From Azolla caroliniana (taxonomy: Eukaryota > Plantae > Polypodiophyta): a DNA stretch of 64,000 nt. The DNA lies in the NCBI GenBank assembly GCA_043228905.1, contig JBHGNT010000020.1:7068001-7132000 (forward strand). The letters run 5' to 3'. Below, piece after piece: positions 22,761-34,637 of the stretch (within the stretch, counting starts at the first letter, position 1; the number at the start of each line of letters is the position of its first letter). The notes under the pieces were generated by a model. That model did not search any database. It saw only the letters and a list, made by a program, of their open reading frames with translations, and was not told the DNA's origin. The position numbers and the translations under genes are program-made.

Positions 22761-25478
22761 TGACAGGAACTATGCGGAATAATCTTCGGCCACAACCAAA
22801 GCTTAGATCACTTAATGATAATCAAACACAGAAGAAATGGGAAATGGAAGCAAGTACACAAATAGAGAAGAGAATGCATAGGATGTTAACGTGGAAAAAC
22901 CCTAAATGGGAAAAACCACGGGAGCCCACGGACTTAAACTATCACTATGTCAAAGAATACAACAGAGGGCACAGAGGCAATGACCTTGTGTTCACACTCT
23001 TCGCCTGGCGGCGGTTACAACAGAGAATCACTCTGTATATCTCTAGATCTCTCTCTCCTACGCTCTGTACAACAGTTACACCAATGACTCTATACAAAAT
23101 AAAATGACTACACAATGATACACACACTCTGTTTGCCCTAGGTCATATTTTTACTAATATGACATTAGGACTATTTACAGATATAGCTCCACTGGGCTCT
23201 TTGGAACATATTTACATATATGTCCCTTTATCCGGTGAGAGGTTCTCACCGGGCTTGCGTCATCCGGTTCTCACCGGGTCTTCCTTGCCGGGTACTCCTC
23301 ATCCGGTTCTCACCGGGCCTGCATCATCTAGTTGTCACCGGGCCTTCATCATTCGATTCTCACCGGGCCTTCATCATCTCATTCGGAGGGACCGAAATCC
23401 TAACAAACTCCCCCTTCACTCCGACATGGTATGTCTGGTTAGTCCAATTCTCTTCCGGCATGCGTCCAACTTGTCGGGCGTCAGCACCTTGGTCAGCATA
23501 TCCGACTCGTTCTCCTCCGTGTGGATCTTCGTCAGCAGGAACTCTCGATGTTCCACTCGCTCCCGGATCCAGTGGTACCTCCGTTGGATGTGCTTCGTCC
23601 TGGAATGATACGCCGTGTTCTTCGCAAGGTGGATGACACTTTGATTGTCGCAATAGAGCCACTATTCCTCTTTCCTGATCCCTAGCTCTCCGATGAAGTC
23701 CTTCATCCATAATATTTCCTTGCCGGCTTCCACAACTACCATGTACTCCGCTTCTGTGGTTGACAACACAACCGTCTTCTGCAACCTCGACTGCCACGAA
23801 ATAGCTCCCCTTGCATATTTCATAACATATCCCGATGTGGACCGACTGGTATCCGCATCAGCCCACATATCTGAATCGGTGAAACCGTCAAGTTGGGGTT
23901 TGCCGGAGCCGAATCAGAGACACATACTTGAGGTGCCTTTCAAGTACCGGAGTATCCATTTACCGCGTTTGAGTGCTCCTTGCCGGGATTGCTCATGAAT
24001 CGGCTCACCACTCTGACTGCGTATCCGATATCCGGTGGGGTACACATCATTGCGTACATTAAACTCCCAATGGCAGAGGCATATCCGCCTTCTCTACCTT
24101 CGTCTTCGAGCTTTGCTTACCGGATAGCTTGCAGTTTGCCGGAAGTGTCGATCCGACCGGTTTCGCATCTGACATGTTGAACAATTGAAGGACCTTTGTC
24201 ACGTACTTCTCCTGTGATAGCCACAATTGCTTCTTTGGCCGGTCCCGGATGATATGCATCCCTAGTATCTGTCTTGCCGGACCAAAGTCTTTAATTGAGA
24301 AGGTCCGGTTAAGGGCCTTCTTCAACATCCGAATCTTCGCTTGGTCCCGTCCGACGATCAACATGTCGTCCACATATAGGAGCAATATAAGGAAGTCTCC
24401 TCCATCAAATTTCTTCACAAATACGCAGTGATCGGCTTGCATCTTGTGGTACCCTTGGTAGGTCATGAAGGAGTTGAACTTCCAGTACCATTGTCGGGGA
24501 GCCTGCTTCAAACCGTAGAGGCTCTTCTTCAACCGGCAAACCAAGTGCTCCTTCCCTTTCTTCACAAATCCCTTTGGTTGCTGCATGTAGATCTCCTCTT
24601 CGAGGTCACCGTGGAGGATTGCTCTCTTCACGTCTAACTGCTCTACCTCGAGGTTCATGCTTGCCGTTATGCTCAATACCGTCCGGATGGGAGTCATCTT
24701 TACTACTGAGGCAAATATCTCGTCGAAGTCCATGCCCTTCTTTTGCTGGAACCCCTTCACCACGATCTTGGCTTTGTATCTCGGGGGGTTGCCGGCATCT
24801 CCCGGTTTCAGCTTGTACACCCACTTGTTCCAGAGTGCCCGCTTTCCTTTCGGCAACTGCACCAATTCATATTTGTGGTTCTCATGCAGGGAATCCATCT
24901 CGTCCTGCATGAGACTCAACCACTTGCGGCTGTGGGTGGGTGTCCTCCTTTGCTTCTTCGAAGCTTTCCAGCTCCCCCTCATCGGTTAGTAGCACATGCT
25001 CTACATCCGGAAATCTCCGGGGGGCTCTTCTTTCTCTGAGAGGATATCTCCGTCTTTGGCTTTCAGCAACCGGCTCCTCTATTTGTTCTTCATCCGAATC
25101 CGATTCGGTCTCTTGGCCGGTTCCAGTTTCAGCTTCCTCTTCTTCTTCTTCTTCTTCTGCCAATGATACACACAATCTGTTTGCCCTAGGTCATATTTAT
25201 ACTAATATGACATTAGGACTATTTACAGATATAGCCCCAATGGGCTCTCTGGAGCATATTTACCTATATGTCCTTTCATCCAGTCAGAGGTTCTCACCGG
25301 GCCTGCGTCATTCGGTTCTCACCGGGTCTTCCTTGCCGGGTACTCCTCATCCGGTTCTCACCGGGCCTTCATCATCTGGCTCTCACCAGGCCTTCATCAT
25401 CCAGTTCTCACCGGGCCTTCATCATCTGGCTCTCACCAGGCCTTCATCATCCCATCCGGAGGGTCCGAAATCCTAACT
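22761..25478 (-). mobile_element. Internally deleted Copia element (RT/RNase H only)
   Basis: Complete 3' LTR at 22761-23405 with adjacent PPT (AAGGGGGAGTT on minus). RT ORF 24059-24982 with LYVDDML. Partial 5' LTR at about 25160-25478 fused directly to the pre-RT linker. TSD CGACT/TGACT. Confidence 0.9.
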
Positions 25479-26609
25479 TGACTGCATGAGGCTCCACCAA
25501 AAAGTACATCAAGATATCCCGGTCAACAACAAGTTTTCCGTTTCATTCGCGAGAGCTTTTGCATACGAATATTGCAAAACAACGAAGGAAGCAACGGACC
25601 CTGAAATGTACAGGGTAGCTTGGGCTATTTATGGTGAGGCATCGGTAGAACGATGTTAGAAGATGGGGAGATTGCAACAAAAAATGGCAAGATTCCGGTG
25701 TATGGCAGTTGATGATGTAACAACTGACTCCCAACAAACCCGCAAGTATACACCACACCAAAACATAATGAAGGCCAATGTCGATGATGCAGGTGAGACA
25801 TTGATTAGCTATATACTGAAAAATGTCCATGAAGCCTATGAGACATTAGAAGCAACAAAGACTGATTTAGAGAAAGCAACATTGGCTGCTGCGATGGTGA
25901 GCAAAGTCACTTTGGTAGTGACAACAATAAAAAATAAGATTCAGGTAGATATTGTTTTGCTAGTATGTAACATGTTATAAATAACTTGTACATGAAAATG
26001 TGCTTAGTGAGGCATTATCTGGAAAGGTTGTTCAACATGAGCTCAAAATTGAGGGGCCGCTAGATCCCCAATGGAAAATACAACTGCAGACAGAGATCCG
26101 GGTTCTTTCAATGAACCTGGACCTTTTAGGTGTAATTACTGTCGTTGTTTACAATTTGGAGAACCTCCAAGTAAGTTAATGATTCTTGTTTCGTGTTGTT
26201 CTATCTTCCTCATTAAGGAATGATAAATCGGTAATTTCTCGGCTGTGTTCTAGGAACAATACTCCCGTCAAGAAGTAGTTAGCTGCCTTAAGAAGCAACT
26301 ACATCTTGTGGAGGGGATGGTAAAGAGTAGACAAGAATTGGACCTCAACAATCTTTCTCCCTGACCAAACGAAGGAGAACCAGGCAACGATATATTGATT
26401 GTTCAAGCACGTTGCATCGCTTGCAGCTTAGGCGTAGAGGACAAAATTGCTACTCTGTTGGTACACCTATGACATGCCAACACACTTACCATATCATTTG
26501 TTTTCAATATACCTGTCACATTGCTGTAGTCTGTTTGGGGGATTGCAATACAACTCTCCCAGATGAGTGGAGAAAACTGACAGGTAAAATTGATGCTTGT
26601 CTCTATAAA

Positions 26610-26896
26610 GCAGTAGCTAATTAGTTACATCTTACCTAACTAGCTAAGCCGTATAAAGTATAGTATCTATTTAGTTGTTATGGTTCAATAGTGTAGTAGC
26701 TCATCAGCTACAACCTAGGTATTAGCTAATTAGCCAAGATGTAGCTAATTAGCTACTACAAATCTATGGTCTAGCAGCCAATGAGCTACATTGTAGCTAA
26801 TTAGCTAAGTAGTATCAAAAGTGGTAGCTAATTAGCCACTACCATAGTTAAGAAGAATAAAGCTCAACACTACTATAGTAAGATGTAGCTAATTAG
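26610..26896. repeat. TAGCTAATTAGCTA palindromic minisatellite, segment 1
   Basis: Many copies of TAGCTAATTAGC with variable short linkers. Confidence 0.85.
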
Positions 26897-28759
26897 TTTT
26901 GAGAATCAAGCTCAACTTGGTCTAGTGTGTGAACTCACCTTGAGAGTGAATAGACACTCCAACGGTCAAGAGTCACCATTATGTCACCTCTTTGTATTCT
27001 AGCATTTAGTATGAGTCATAGAATCATATTCTATGACACATAACTTATGAGCTTTCACATTCCCCATGCTTCATGAGTCATGTAGTTAATGAAGAGAGAG
27101 GGTGACTATATAAAGCACCCTCCTCCCTCCTTGTATAATGTTGAGTCTTTCTCCTTTGTCAATATACTTTTACCTTGAATATTCTCTGTGTTTCACTCAC
27201 TCACTCACTCACTCTCTCTCTCTCTCTTACACACACACATCACTCACATCACTCACATCTCTTCCGCTTCACAAGAATCCATCTCTTGGTTCTTTACATG
27301 GTATCAGAGCGATTTGGTAGCTCGATCTAGCCCATTCGCCTCATTGTGATCGTGTGTTGTGCTCTACGCCAATGACCAAGAACCGGCTCATAGCTATCGT
27401 AGCTTCGCTACATAGCTCGCATTCGAAGAGAGAAGAAGAAGAAGAAGAATCGACATAATGAATACTCAAATGGGGAGCGCTCTCCCTACCGAGAAGTTGG
27501 ATCGAAACAACTTCGAATCTTGGGAGTACAAGATGCACCAATACCTTGTCGGACAAGGCTATTGGAGCTACATCAAAGGAGCGCATGAAGACCGACCCGC
27601 CGAAGCGGCTCCCGGATACGCGACATGGGAGCAAGCCACAAGCCGCGTGATGTATTGTTTGGCGACATGTGTTCACGACCACATGCTCGGTTACATTCAA
27701 GAAGCCAAGACGCCGAAGGAAACGTGGGAAAATCTACGAAAGATTTTCGCCGCCAACATGACCGCGAGGAAGCTTCAACTCCGCCAAGAGTTGAACAACA
27801 TTCAACAAAGGGACGTGTCCATCATGACATACACCTTGAAGATCAAGGAGCTTTGCGACTCGCTCAGCTCAATAAGCGTAAGTATAGATGATGATAAAAT
27901 GTTGCAAATATGCCTCGGCGGCCTCGCACCACGGTTCGGCGCGATGCGAACCACTGTTCTAGCACAGGAGAAATCTCCCTCCTTCTTCGAGCTCCAATCA
28001 ATGCTATTGGTCGAAGAAAACCACGTGCGTACAAGGAGCAATGAGTCGGAAGGCCACATTGTTACGGGCATGACCATATAATATCCCGTGGTAAGAATTT
28101 ACCGTAGTATTCTATACACGTGGATAAGTGTGAGGGTTAAATGAGAGTGTAAAGAAGGGGAGGATTACTTTTAATCCTCGGGATTGAGACAACCCATTAG
28201 GTCAAGTGTGAACTTGCCTGGGGGCCTTGGGTTTCGCTATAAATAAGAGGCCTAGCTACCCTCATTTGATCATCTTTTGACTACATCGAGACTCTGCTCG
28301 TGTGGTGGGTCAACTCTTGTAGCGAGCGCGCCAGCACCAGGTACGACTCGACGCCACGGCGGTGGTATGGGACGCCGATCGAGGCTCGAGTCCGTCTCGA
28401 TCCCTTTGCTCGGGGGTGGTCGGGTGGATCGGCACCCTTCTTTCTCTTTCTCCTTTCTATCTATCTTTTCATTATCCTTATCTTAAGCTTACGTTAGTAC
28501 TATGATCTATAATATTTGGTATCAGAGCTTTGTACTAATGTTTCTTTGTTTTTCATTTGTCTTTTGATTGATGCTGATCGATCGTTGTGCGGTTGGCCTT
28601 GATCCAGACAACGATCAACAAAGAACTTCGGTAACTCTTTCCAGAATTTTTCTTTCTATTCTCTCTTCTCCCATCTAATCATGTGTTTAGTTTATATGTA
28701 ATTTTTTTCATTAAGTCAATGATGTTGTAGTGGTCTTTAATTGATTATCTAAAACGTTT

Positions 28760-29030
28760 ACATATGTGCACGAGGTCAATACCTCGTTTGACATGTTAAT
28801 AATATGTGATGAGTGTCGTATGCGTACGAGGTTAATACCTCAATTACGTATTACGTTCACGAACATATGTTACGTTTGCGTATGAGTTTAATACCTTGAT
28901 TTGTTGTAAACGATATGCGTTTGGTCTCGTATGCGTAAGAGGTCAATACCTCCATTGCGTATTACGATGATCTCTTATTTGTGGATGTTTCGTGTGCGTA
29001 GAGGTATATACCTCGATTACGTATCTCGAT
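28760..29030 (+). repeat. Array of five palindromic hairpin repeats (core GAGGT-NNAT-ACCTC) in the Gypsy leader
   Basis: Cores at 28772, 28828, 28884, 28939 and 29001 (periods 56, 56, 55, 62). Flanks CGTATGCGTA...TACGTATTACG extend the stems. Linkers differ. Confidence 0.85.
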
Positions 29031-30203
29031 CACATCATTTGTGGCTATTTACTATAACGATATGTTTAATATAGGCATATGTGGTCACATATATACGTAT
29101 TTGATCGTATATATGTGATAAGTAAACATATGTGTATATTCGTTATTACGTGATTATATCGAAAGTTGTCATGGTCGGGAAAAGGATGTTGGTGGCCGTC
29201 CTCGCATTTTTGTGAGAATGGCGTTGTCACCATCCCTTTTTCAACATTTTTTTTATTGTTGATAACCCTGTTGACGACCTCGATTTCGTTACGTAAAGAA
29301 ACGCGAATAGCCAAAATGATGTTGAGTACGTAGGGCTTGACCCAATTCAAGTGAGGTCGCTCCAATGACGCACGTATCCAACATCCCTCCCTCGTTACAT
29401 GGATACGATGCCACCATGAGCTCGTTCTTACGAGAGGCATTCGTAATGACGTGACCATGTGATGGCCCACGTGAGCCTACTACGAAACAAGGGCTCATTT
29501 GGCTTGACCATTAGGTTGCACTTTGGCGTATGCCATCGTAATTACGAGACTTGAGGTTAGGTAACGTACCAACATAGTTTTGGTAAATGAGGGCGAAATA
29601 AGGACCCTTGCCATATATGTTCTTTTAAAAAAACATATATGATCAATTGCCTCGCATATCTCTTATACGCATCAAACATTAAGCATTCGAGAAGAGCAAC
29701 TTATTTGGTTGGCTCAAGTGTTTAATGTATTTGTTCTCGAGGTCTCGAGTTCAAATATGACAAAGACCATACAACATCCTTGATACATATGACTATAACA
29801 CATGTTTAGACTTAAGGTCTAAGTGCACCTCGGGGTCCTCGTAATAGGACTTAAAGAGCCGAAACCACATATGTGGGCACCGAAACATAGTTTATTGTTA
29901 ACATTTTTTTCGTGTATAAACTATTCATGACGCGAACATACATGGTTGAGCCTCGGGGAGCCACCATGAAAAAATCGATATAGAGATCAGGGAAAGACAT
30001 TTATTTGTCACCCCCATGGTTTTTAAAACACCTTGGTGTTACCATAGTAACCTGATCTTGAACCTCATCTCATACGTCTAGAGGGGTATTGACGTGAGAT
30101 AATGATATCGATTAATGCTCGCCCATGATATGTTTACATCACGACATGATGTTATGACTATATCTCTGACCTTATCCTATTTCTTTTCCAGAAATAATCT
30201 TTA

Positions 30204-33200
30204 ATGGCTCAAATTAACGACCCAATGTTATCCGCTCAAGCGGAAGGAACTCAAGGGAATCCTCCTGGACAAATGTCCACTGAGATGTATTTGGCACAAA
30301 TAACCCAATTCCTTAGTTTCACCGCTCAACAGATGACCGAACTTCGGCAATCTCAGAGTGCTCTTGAGGCACGTGTCATTAGTCTACAACGTGAGACTAA
30401 TAGACCTGATGAGCGACAAGGTGAACCATCATTTGTCGTTAAGCCATTTACGGGAGACAAAAAGGAAAGAACCGAAGAAGCAATCTGCACATGGCTGGGA
30501 CGATGGGAGTCTCATTTTGAGCTCTATCCCACGCCAGATAGTACGAAGATTGCATATGTCGGCCGAGAACTCGGGGGTAAGGCCGCCGCCTGGTGGCGTG
30601 GCCTCCGTACTATGGGGAAATTGCCCGATACCTGGACAGATTTTGTCACGGTTTTTAAGGGCCAATTTCTGCAACCTCCCTCTCGAACCGAGGCAGCACA
30701 AGCTTTAATGAACCTCTCTAGCAGGAAATTTTCCTTGCTAGAAGACTATGTTCACCATGCTAGAACCCAAATCCAAAAATCGGGTCTAGAAGGGGACAAT
30801 TGGTTGATAGCTTGTTTTGTCAATGGCATCCCCAATTCGGACTATCACTGGATAGTGCACGATAAGGATCCAAAATCCTTCGAAGAGGCCGTTGAAATAG
30901 TTCTTCGCTATCAACGCACTTCGAAGAAGGACCATAACAAACCCAACGAAGCGCCCGGGACTAAGCAGTCGCAATTTGTTGGGAAACGCAAGACACCCAA
31001 CGAATTCCTGGATCGCGATTGTAAGCGACAACATCCTTTTTGTGTATTCTGCAAAAAGAAGGGTCATACAAAAGATCAATGTCGAAAGCTCCAACGGAAA
31101 GAGCACGACAACAAAGCTAAAGCTGCAGACCATAAAGGTCAGATTCCTAATGTCCTTCAGGTCTATACACACCATTTAAGTAATTGTCAATGTTCTTTTC
31201 CTCACTATGCATTGGGTCCCAATGATTTACTACGTGCAAACGGGTATATCAATGGATCTCCCGTACAATTTTTATTTGATTCGGGAAGCTCACACAATTT
31301 TGTGAATGATCGTTTGGTTCAGATATGGGGAATCCAACCCACCGTAAGTGATCACACCTACACGGTGCACTTGGCTGATGGAAGAGTACAATACATCAAC
31401 GGGGCAATTCATTCATTAGGAATTTCTATTGATACTTATATAGAGGAAGTAGACTTCCATGTAATGAATCTTTGTACCACCGATGTAATACTGGGTTATC
31501 CCTGGTTTTATAATAAAAACTCTTCTTTATTTATTGATTGGGTTCGTCATTCCATTTCTTTTGTACTGAACGATTGTACGCATTTTATTCAATGTGTAAA
31601 AAAACAATCCCTCTCGATTGTTTCCTCGTGTCCATCAATATCCGAGTTGTCTTGTTCTACGTTATTTTATTGTGTACTTGATCCGGACATTCACGTTTAC
31701 AATATCGATAATGTCCCGATTCAATTAACATATTTTGAACAACAACAACTTGATGAAATCTTAAATGATTTTCATGATGTTTTTCCAAGTGAACTACCTG
31801 ATGGGTTACCTCCTAAACGTAATATAGACCATCGTATAGATATTGTACCTGGTGTTGCACCAATAAGTATACCTCCGTATCGCTTAAGTCGATCCGAAGA
31901 AGATGAGGTATCTAAGCAACTCAAGGACTATTTACGAATGGGTTATATACGTTATAGTAAATCTCCATGGGGTGCACCAGTTCTCTTGGTTAAAAAGAAA
32001 GAGGGCACATGGCGTATGTGTATTAATTACCGACGCTTGAATAAAGTGACGATCAAGAATTCGTATCCATTGCCCCGGGCTGACGATCTAATTGACCGTC
32101 TCCAGGGAGCTCGGTATTTTACGAAACTTGATCTCCGTACTGGCTACCATCAAATACGAATAAGTGAGGACGATGTTCCTAAAACGGCATTTCGTACGCG
32201 CTATGACCATTACGAGTTTTTGGTTATGCCTTTTGGTTTGACCAATGCTCCGGCTACTTTTCAACAAGAAATGAATGACATTTTCCGAGAACAACTTGGA
32301 AAATTTGTTGTTATTTTCTTGGATGATATTTTAGTTTATAGCCGTACATTACAAGAACATGCCAGACATGTCCGCTTTGTTTTACAAACATTGCGTGACA
32401 AACAGTTTTATGCGAAGATCTCAAAATGTGAGTTCTTCAAGAAATCAATTACTTATCTAGGACATCTCATAACCGAACGAGGAGTTGAAATTGATCCTTC
32501 TCGCATTGAGAAAATCAAGCTTTGGCCCACTCTTCGGAATATTCGAGAAGTTCGATCATTCCTTGGTTTTGTGGGGTTTTTGCGAAAGTCTCTTCGTAAT
32601 TACTCCCAATTGACGACGCCGTTTACTGATCTTTTAAAAGGTCAAACGCGTAAGTCTACAAAACCTATTGTGTGGAATGCTACACTAGACCTTGCATTTA
32701 AGGAACTCAAGGACCTAGTTTGCAAGGCTCCTTCACTTCTTTTACCTGATCCTTCAAAACCTTTTGAGGTTGAAACCGATGCAAGCAATTATGCTATAGG
32801 TGCTGTCTTGTATCAAGATGGTAAACCAATAGCATTCGAGAGTAAGAAACTTGATTCTGCTCAATGTCGGTATACAGTTCAAGAAAAGGAATTATTTGCA
32901 GTTATACATGCGCTCAAAACATGGCGCCATTATCTTTATGGAAATCACTTTGTGGTAACTACGGACCACGAGTCCTTGAAATATTTTTGTGACCAACAAG
33001 ACCTGAAAGGTCGTAAGGCACGATGGGCTGATCTCATCCAGGACTTTGATTTTTCCATACGATATCGTAAAGGTTCCATGAACACTGTCGCTGATGCACT
33101 AAGTCGCATCCGTGAAGTTAACACGCTTAGCTTCACTGAAATATCATCAGATCTTTATGATCACCTTCGAGGAAAGTATCCTGATGACAGTTATTTCGCA

Positions 33201-34637
33201 AAATACTGGGCAAGAGTTGAGTCTGGAACAGACACCACCACATCCTCGAAGGAATACTTCCACATTGCTAACGGTTTGCTCTACCGTAATGGGAAGGTTT
33301 GTGTTCCAGATTTACCCGAGGTCAAAAAGAGGATTCTTTTTGAATGCCATGATGCACCCTCAGCAGGGCACCCTGGAATACATCGTACACTCGTTCTCAT
33401 CTCCACTCAATTTTATTGGCCTAAGATGCGTCCTGACATACATAGCTATGTGACTAAATGTCACCAGTGTCAGGTTAACAAAGCCGAGCGACTTAAAGTC
33501 GCAGGACTTTTACATCCCCAGGACATTCCCAATAATAAGTGGGAAAGTATATCCATGGATTTTATTGTTAGCCTTCCTCGCACCCAAAAAGGTCATGATG
33601 CCATCTGGGTTGTCGTTGATCGACTAACTAAAATGGCCAGATTTATTGCTACTAAAACCACGGTAACAGCTCCTGAATTGGCTTACCAATTCGTTGACGA
33701 ATTGTTTCGTTTTTATGGGTTACCGATGGATATCGTGAGTGATCGAGATCCAAAGTTTACTAGTGACTTCTGGACACAAGTCTTTAAGAAGTTAGAAACT
33801 ACGTTGAGCATGAGCTCCACGGATCATCCTCAATCCGATGGACAGACAGAACGAGTAAATCAAATTATTGAGGACATGCTTCGAGCATACGTTGGTGCAA
33901 AACCAACAAAATGGGAACGTTATCTCCCAATTTTGGAGTTTGCTTATAACAGCTCCAAGCATACGTCGACGGGATATAGTCCTTTTATGTTGATGTATGG
34001 TTTTCAGCCACGAGCCCCGATTGATGTTACTATACATCATGATGAGTTGCGAAGTACGCAAAACTTTCTTCGGGATATGCAAGATATGTTGCATATTGCA
34101 CGAGATAATATAAAAACAGCTCAAGATAGAGCGCGTTTTTATGCCGATCATCATAGGCAACCTCGTGTATTCAACCCTGGACAGAAGGTATTTTTACGTG
34201 TACCTCACAATTCTAAGACATTGTCTACAGGTAAGTGCGCTAAGTTAGCCCCACGGTTTTGTGGACCTTTTACAGTCCTCAAACGAATTGGGTCATCAGC
34301 CTATCGTCTCGCTCTTCCCGATGGTGTCGGAATTCATCCAGTCTTTCATGTGAGTCGTCTAAAAGAACTTCTAGGTTCTGGCGACAATACAGTTACGACT
34401 GAAACTCTGGTTACTTCTGAAGAATTATCTTCTAAACCACATGTACCAGAAAGAATTCTCGATGTTAAAACAAAAAAATTACGTACTAAAGAAATCCGAG
34501 AATTCAAAATAAAATGGATGGATAAATCAATAAAAGATGCCACATGGGAACGCGAAAATACTCTTAGAACTAACTTCCCTAACTTTCCATTGCAAGAGTG
34601 CAATGTTTTAAAGAGGGGGAGTATGTTACGGGCATGA
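30204..34637 (+). CDS. Gypsy Gag-Pol polyprotein, 1477 aa (Gag, zinc knuckle, protease, RT, RNase H, integrase, chromodomain)
   Basis: [14 protein letters not shown]; LFDSGS; KLDLR...FLDDIL; ETDAS...EKEL...TDHESL...VADAL; HHCC plus SMDFI/SDRD/QTERVN; C-terminal PERILD...[14 protein letters not shown]. No stops. Confidence 0.97.
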   Translation: MAQINDPMLSAQAEGTQGNPPGQMSTEMYLAQITQFLSFTAQQMTELRQSQSALEARVISLQRETNRPDERQGEPSFVVKPFTGDKKERTEEAICTWLGRWESHFELYPTPDSTKIAYVGRELGGKAAAWWRGLRTMGKLPDTWTDFVTVFKGQFLQPPSRTEAAQALMNLSSRKFSLLEDYVHHARTQIQKSGLEGDNWLIACFVNGIPNSDYHWIVHDKDPKSFEEAVEIVLRYQRTSKKDHNKPNEAPGTKQSQFVGKRKTPNEFLDRDCKRQHPFCVFCKKKGHTKDQCRKLQRKEHDNKAKAADHKGQIPNVLQVYTHHLSNCQCSFPHYALGPNDLLRANGYINGSPVQFLFDSGSSHNFVNDRLVQIWGIQPTVSDHTYTVHLADGRVQYINGAIHSLGISIDTYIEEVDFHVMNLCTTDVILGYPWFYNKNSSLFIDWVRHSISFVLNDCTHFIQCVKKQSLSIVSSCPSISELSCSTLFYCVLDPDIHVYNIDNVPIQLTYFEQQQLDEILNDFHDVFPSELPDGLPPKRNIDHRIDIVPGVAPISIPPYRLSRSEEDEVSKQLKDYLRMGYIRYSKSPWGAPVLLVKKKEGTWRMCINYRRLNKVTIKNSYPLPRADDLIDRLQGARYFTKLDLRTGYHQIRISEDDVPKTAFRTRYDHYEFLVMPFGLTNAPATFQQEMNDIFREQLGKFVVIFLDDILVYSRTLQEHARHVRFVLQTLRDKQFYAKISKCEFFKKSITYLGHLITERGVEIDPSRIEKIKLWPTLRNIREVRSFLGFVGFLRKSLRNYSQLTTPFTDLLKGQTRKSTKPIVWNATLDLAFKELKDLVCKAPSLLLPDPSKPFEVETDASNYAIGAVLYQDGKPIAFESKKLDSAQCRYTVQEKELFAVIHALKTWRHYLYGNHFVVTTDHESLKYFCDQQDLKGRKARWADLIQDFDFSIRYRKGSMNTVADALSRIREVNTLSFTEISSDLYDHLRGKYPDDSYFAKYWARVESGTDTTTSSKEYFHIANGLLYRNGKVCVPDLPEVKKRILFECHDAPSAGHPGIHRTLVLISTQFYWPKMRPDIHSYVTKCHQCQVNKAERLKVAGLLHPQDIPNNKWESISMDFIVSLPRTQKGHDAIWVVVDRLTKMARFIATKTTVTAPELAYQFVDELFRFYGLPMDIVSDRDPKFTSDFWTQVFKKLETTLSMSSTDHPQSDGQTERVNQIIEDMLRAYVGAKPTKWERYLPILEFAYNSSKHTSTGYSPFMLMYGFQPRAPIDVTIHHDELRSTQNFLRDMQDMLHIARDNIKTAQDRARFYADHHRQPRVFNPGQKVFLRVPHNSKTLSTGKCAKLAPRFCGPFTVLKRIGSSAYRLALPDGVGIHPVFHVSRLKELLGSGDNTVTTETLVTSEELSSKPHVPERILDVKTKKLRTKEIREFKIKWMDKSIKDATWERENTLRTNFPNFPLQECNVLKRGSMLRA

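Noticed and set aside
28277-28497. Short ORFs repeated at 8031, 28300 and 34864
   Set aside because: They recur only because they lie within LTR copies, and they use non-ATG starts.
28760-29030. CRISPR array
   Set aside because: The repeats are imperfect, the linkers are only about 20 nt, there are no cas genes, and the context is a eukaryotic retrotransposon leader. Kept as a hairpin array instead.
29066-29470. 134-aa antisense ORF as an extra retrotransposon gene
   Set aside because: No recognisable motif, and it overlaps palindromic AT-rich hairpins, so it is probably a chance ORF.
29820-29890. Hammerhead ribozyme or group II intron domain V
   Set aside because: GAAAC motifs are present, but there is no CUGANGA core or domain-V stem.
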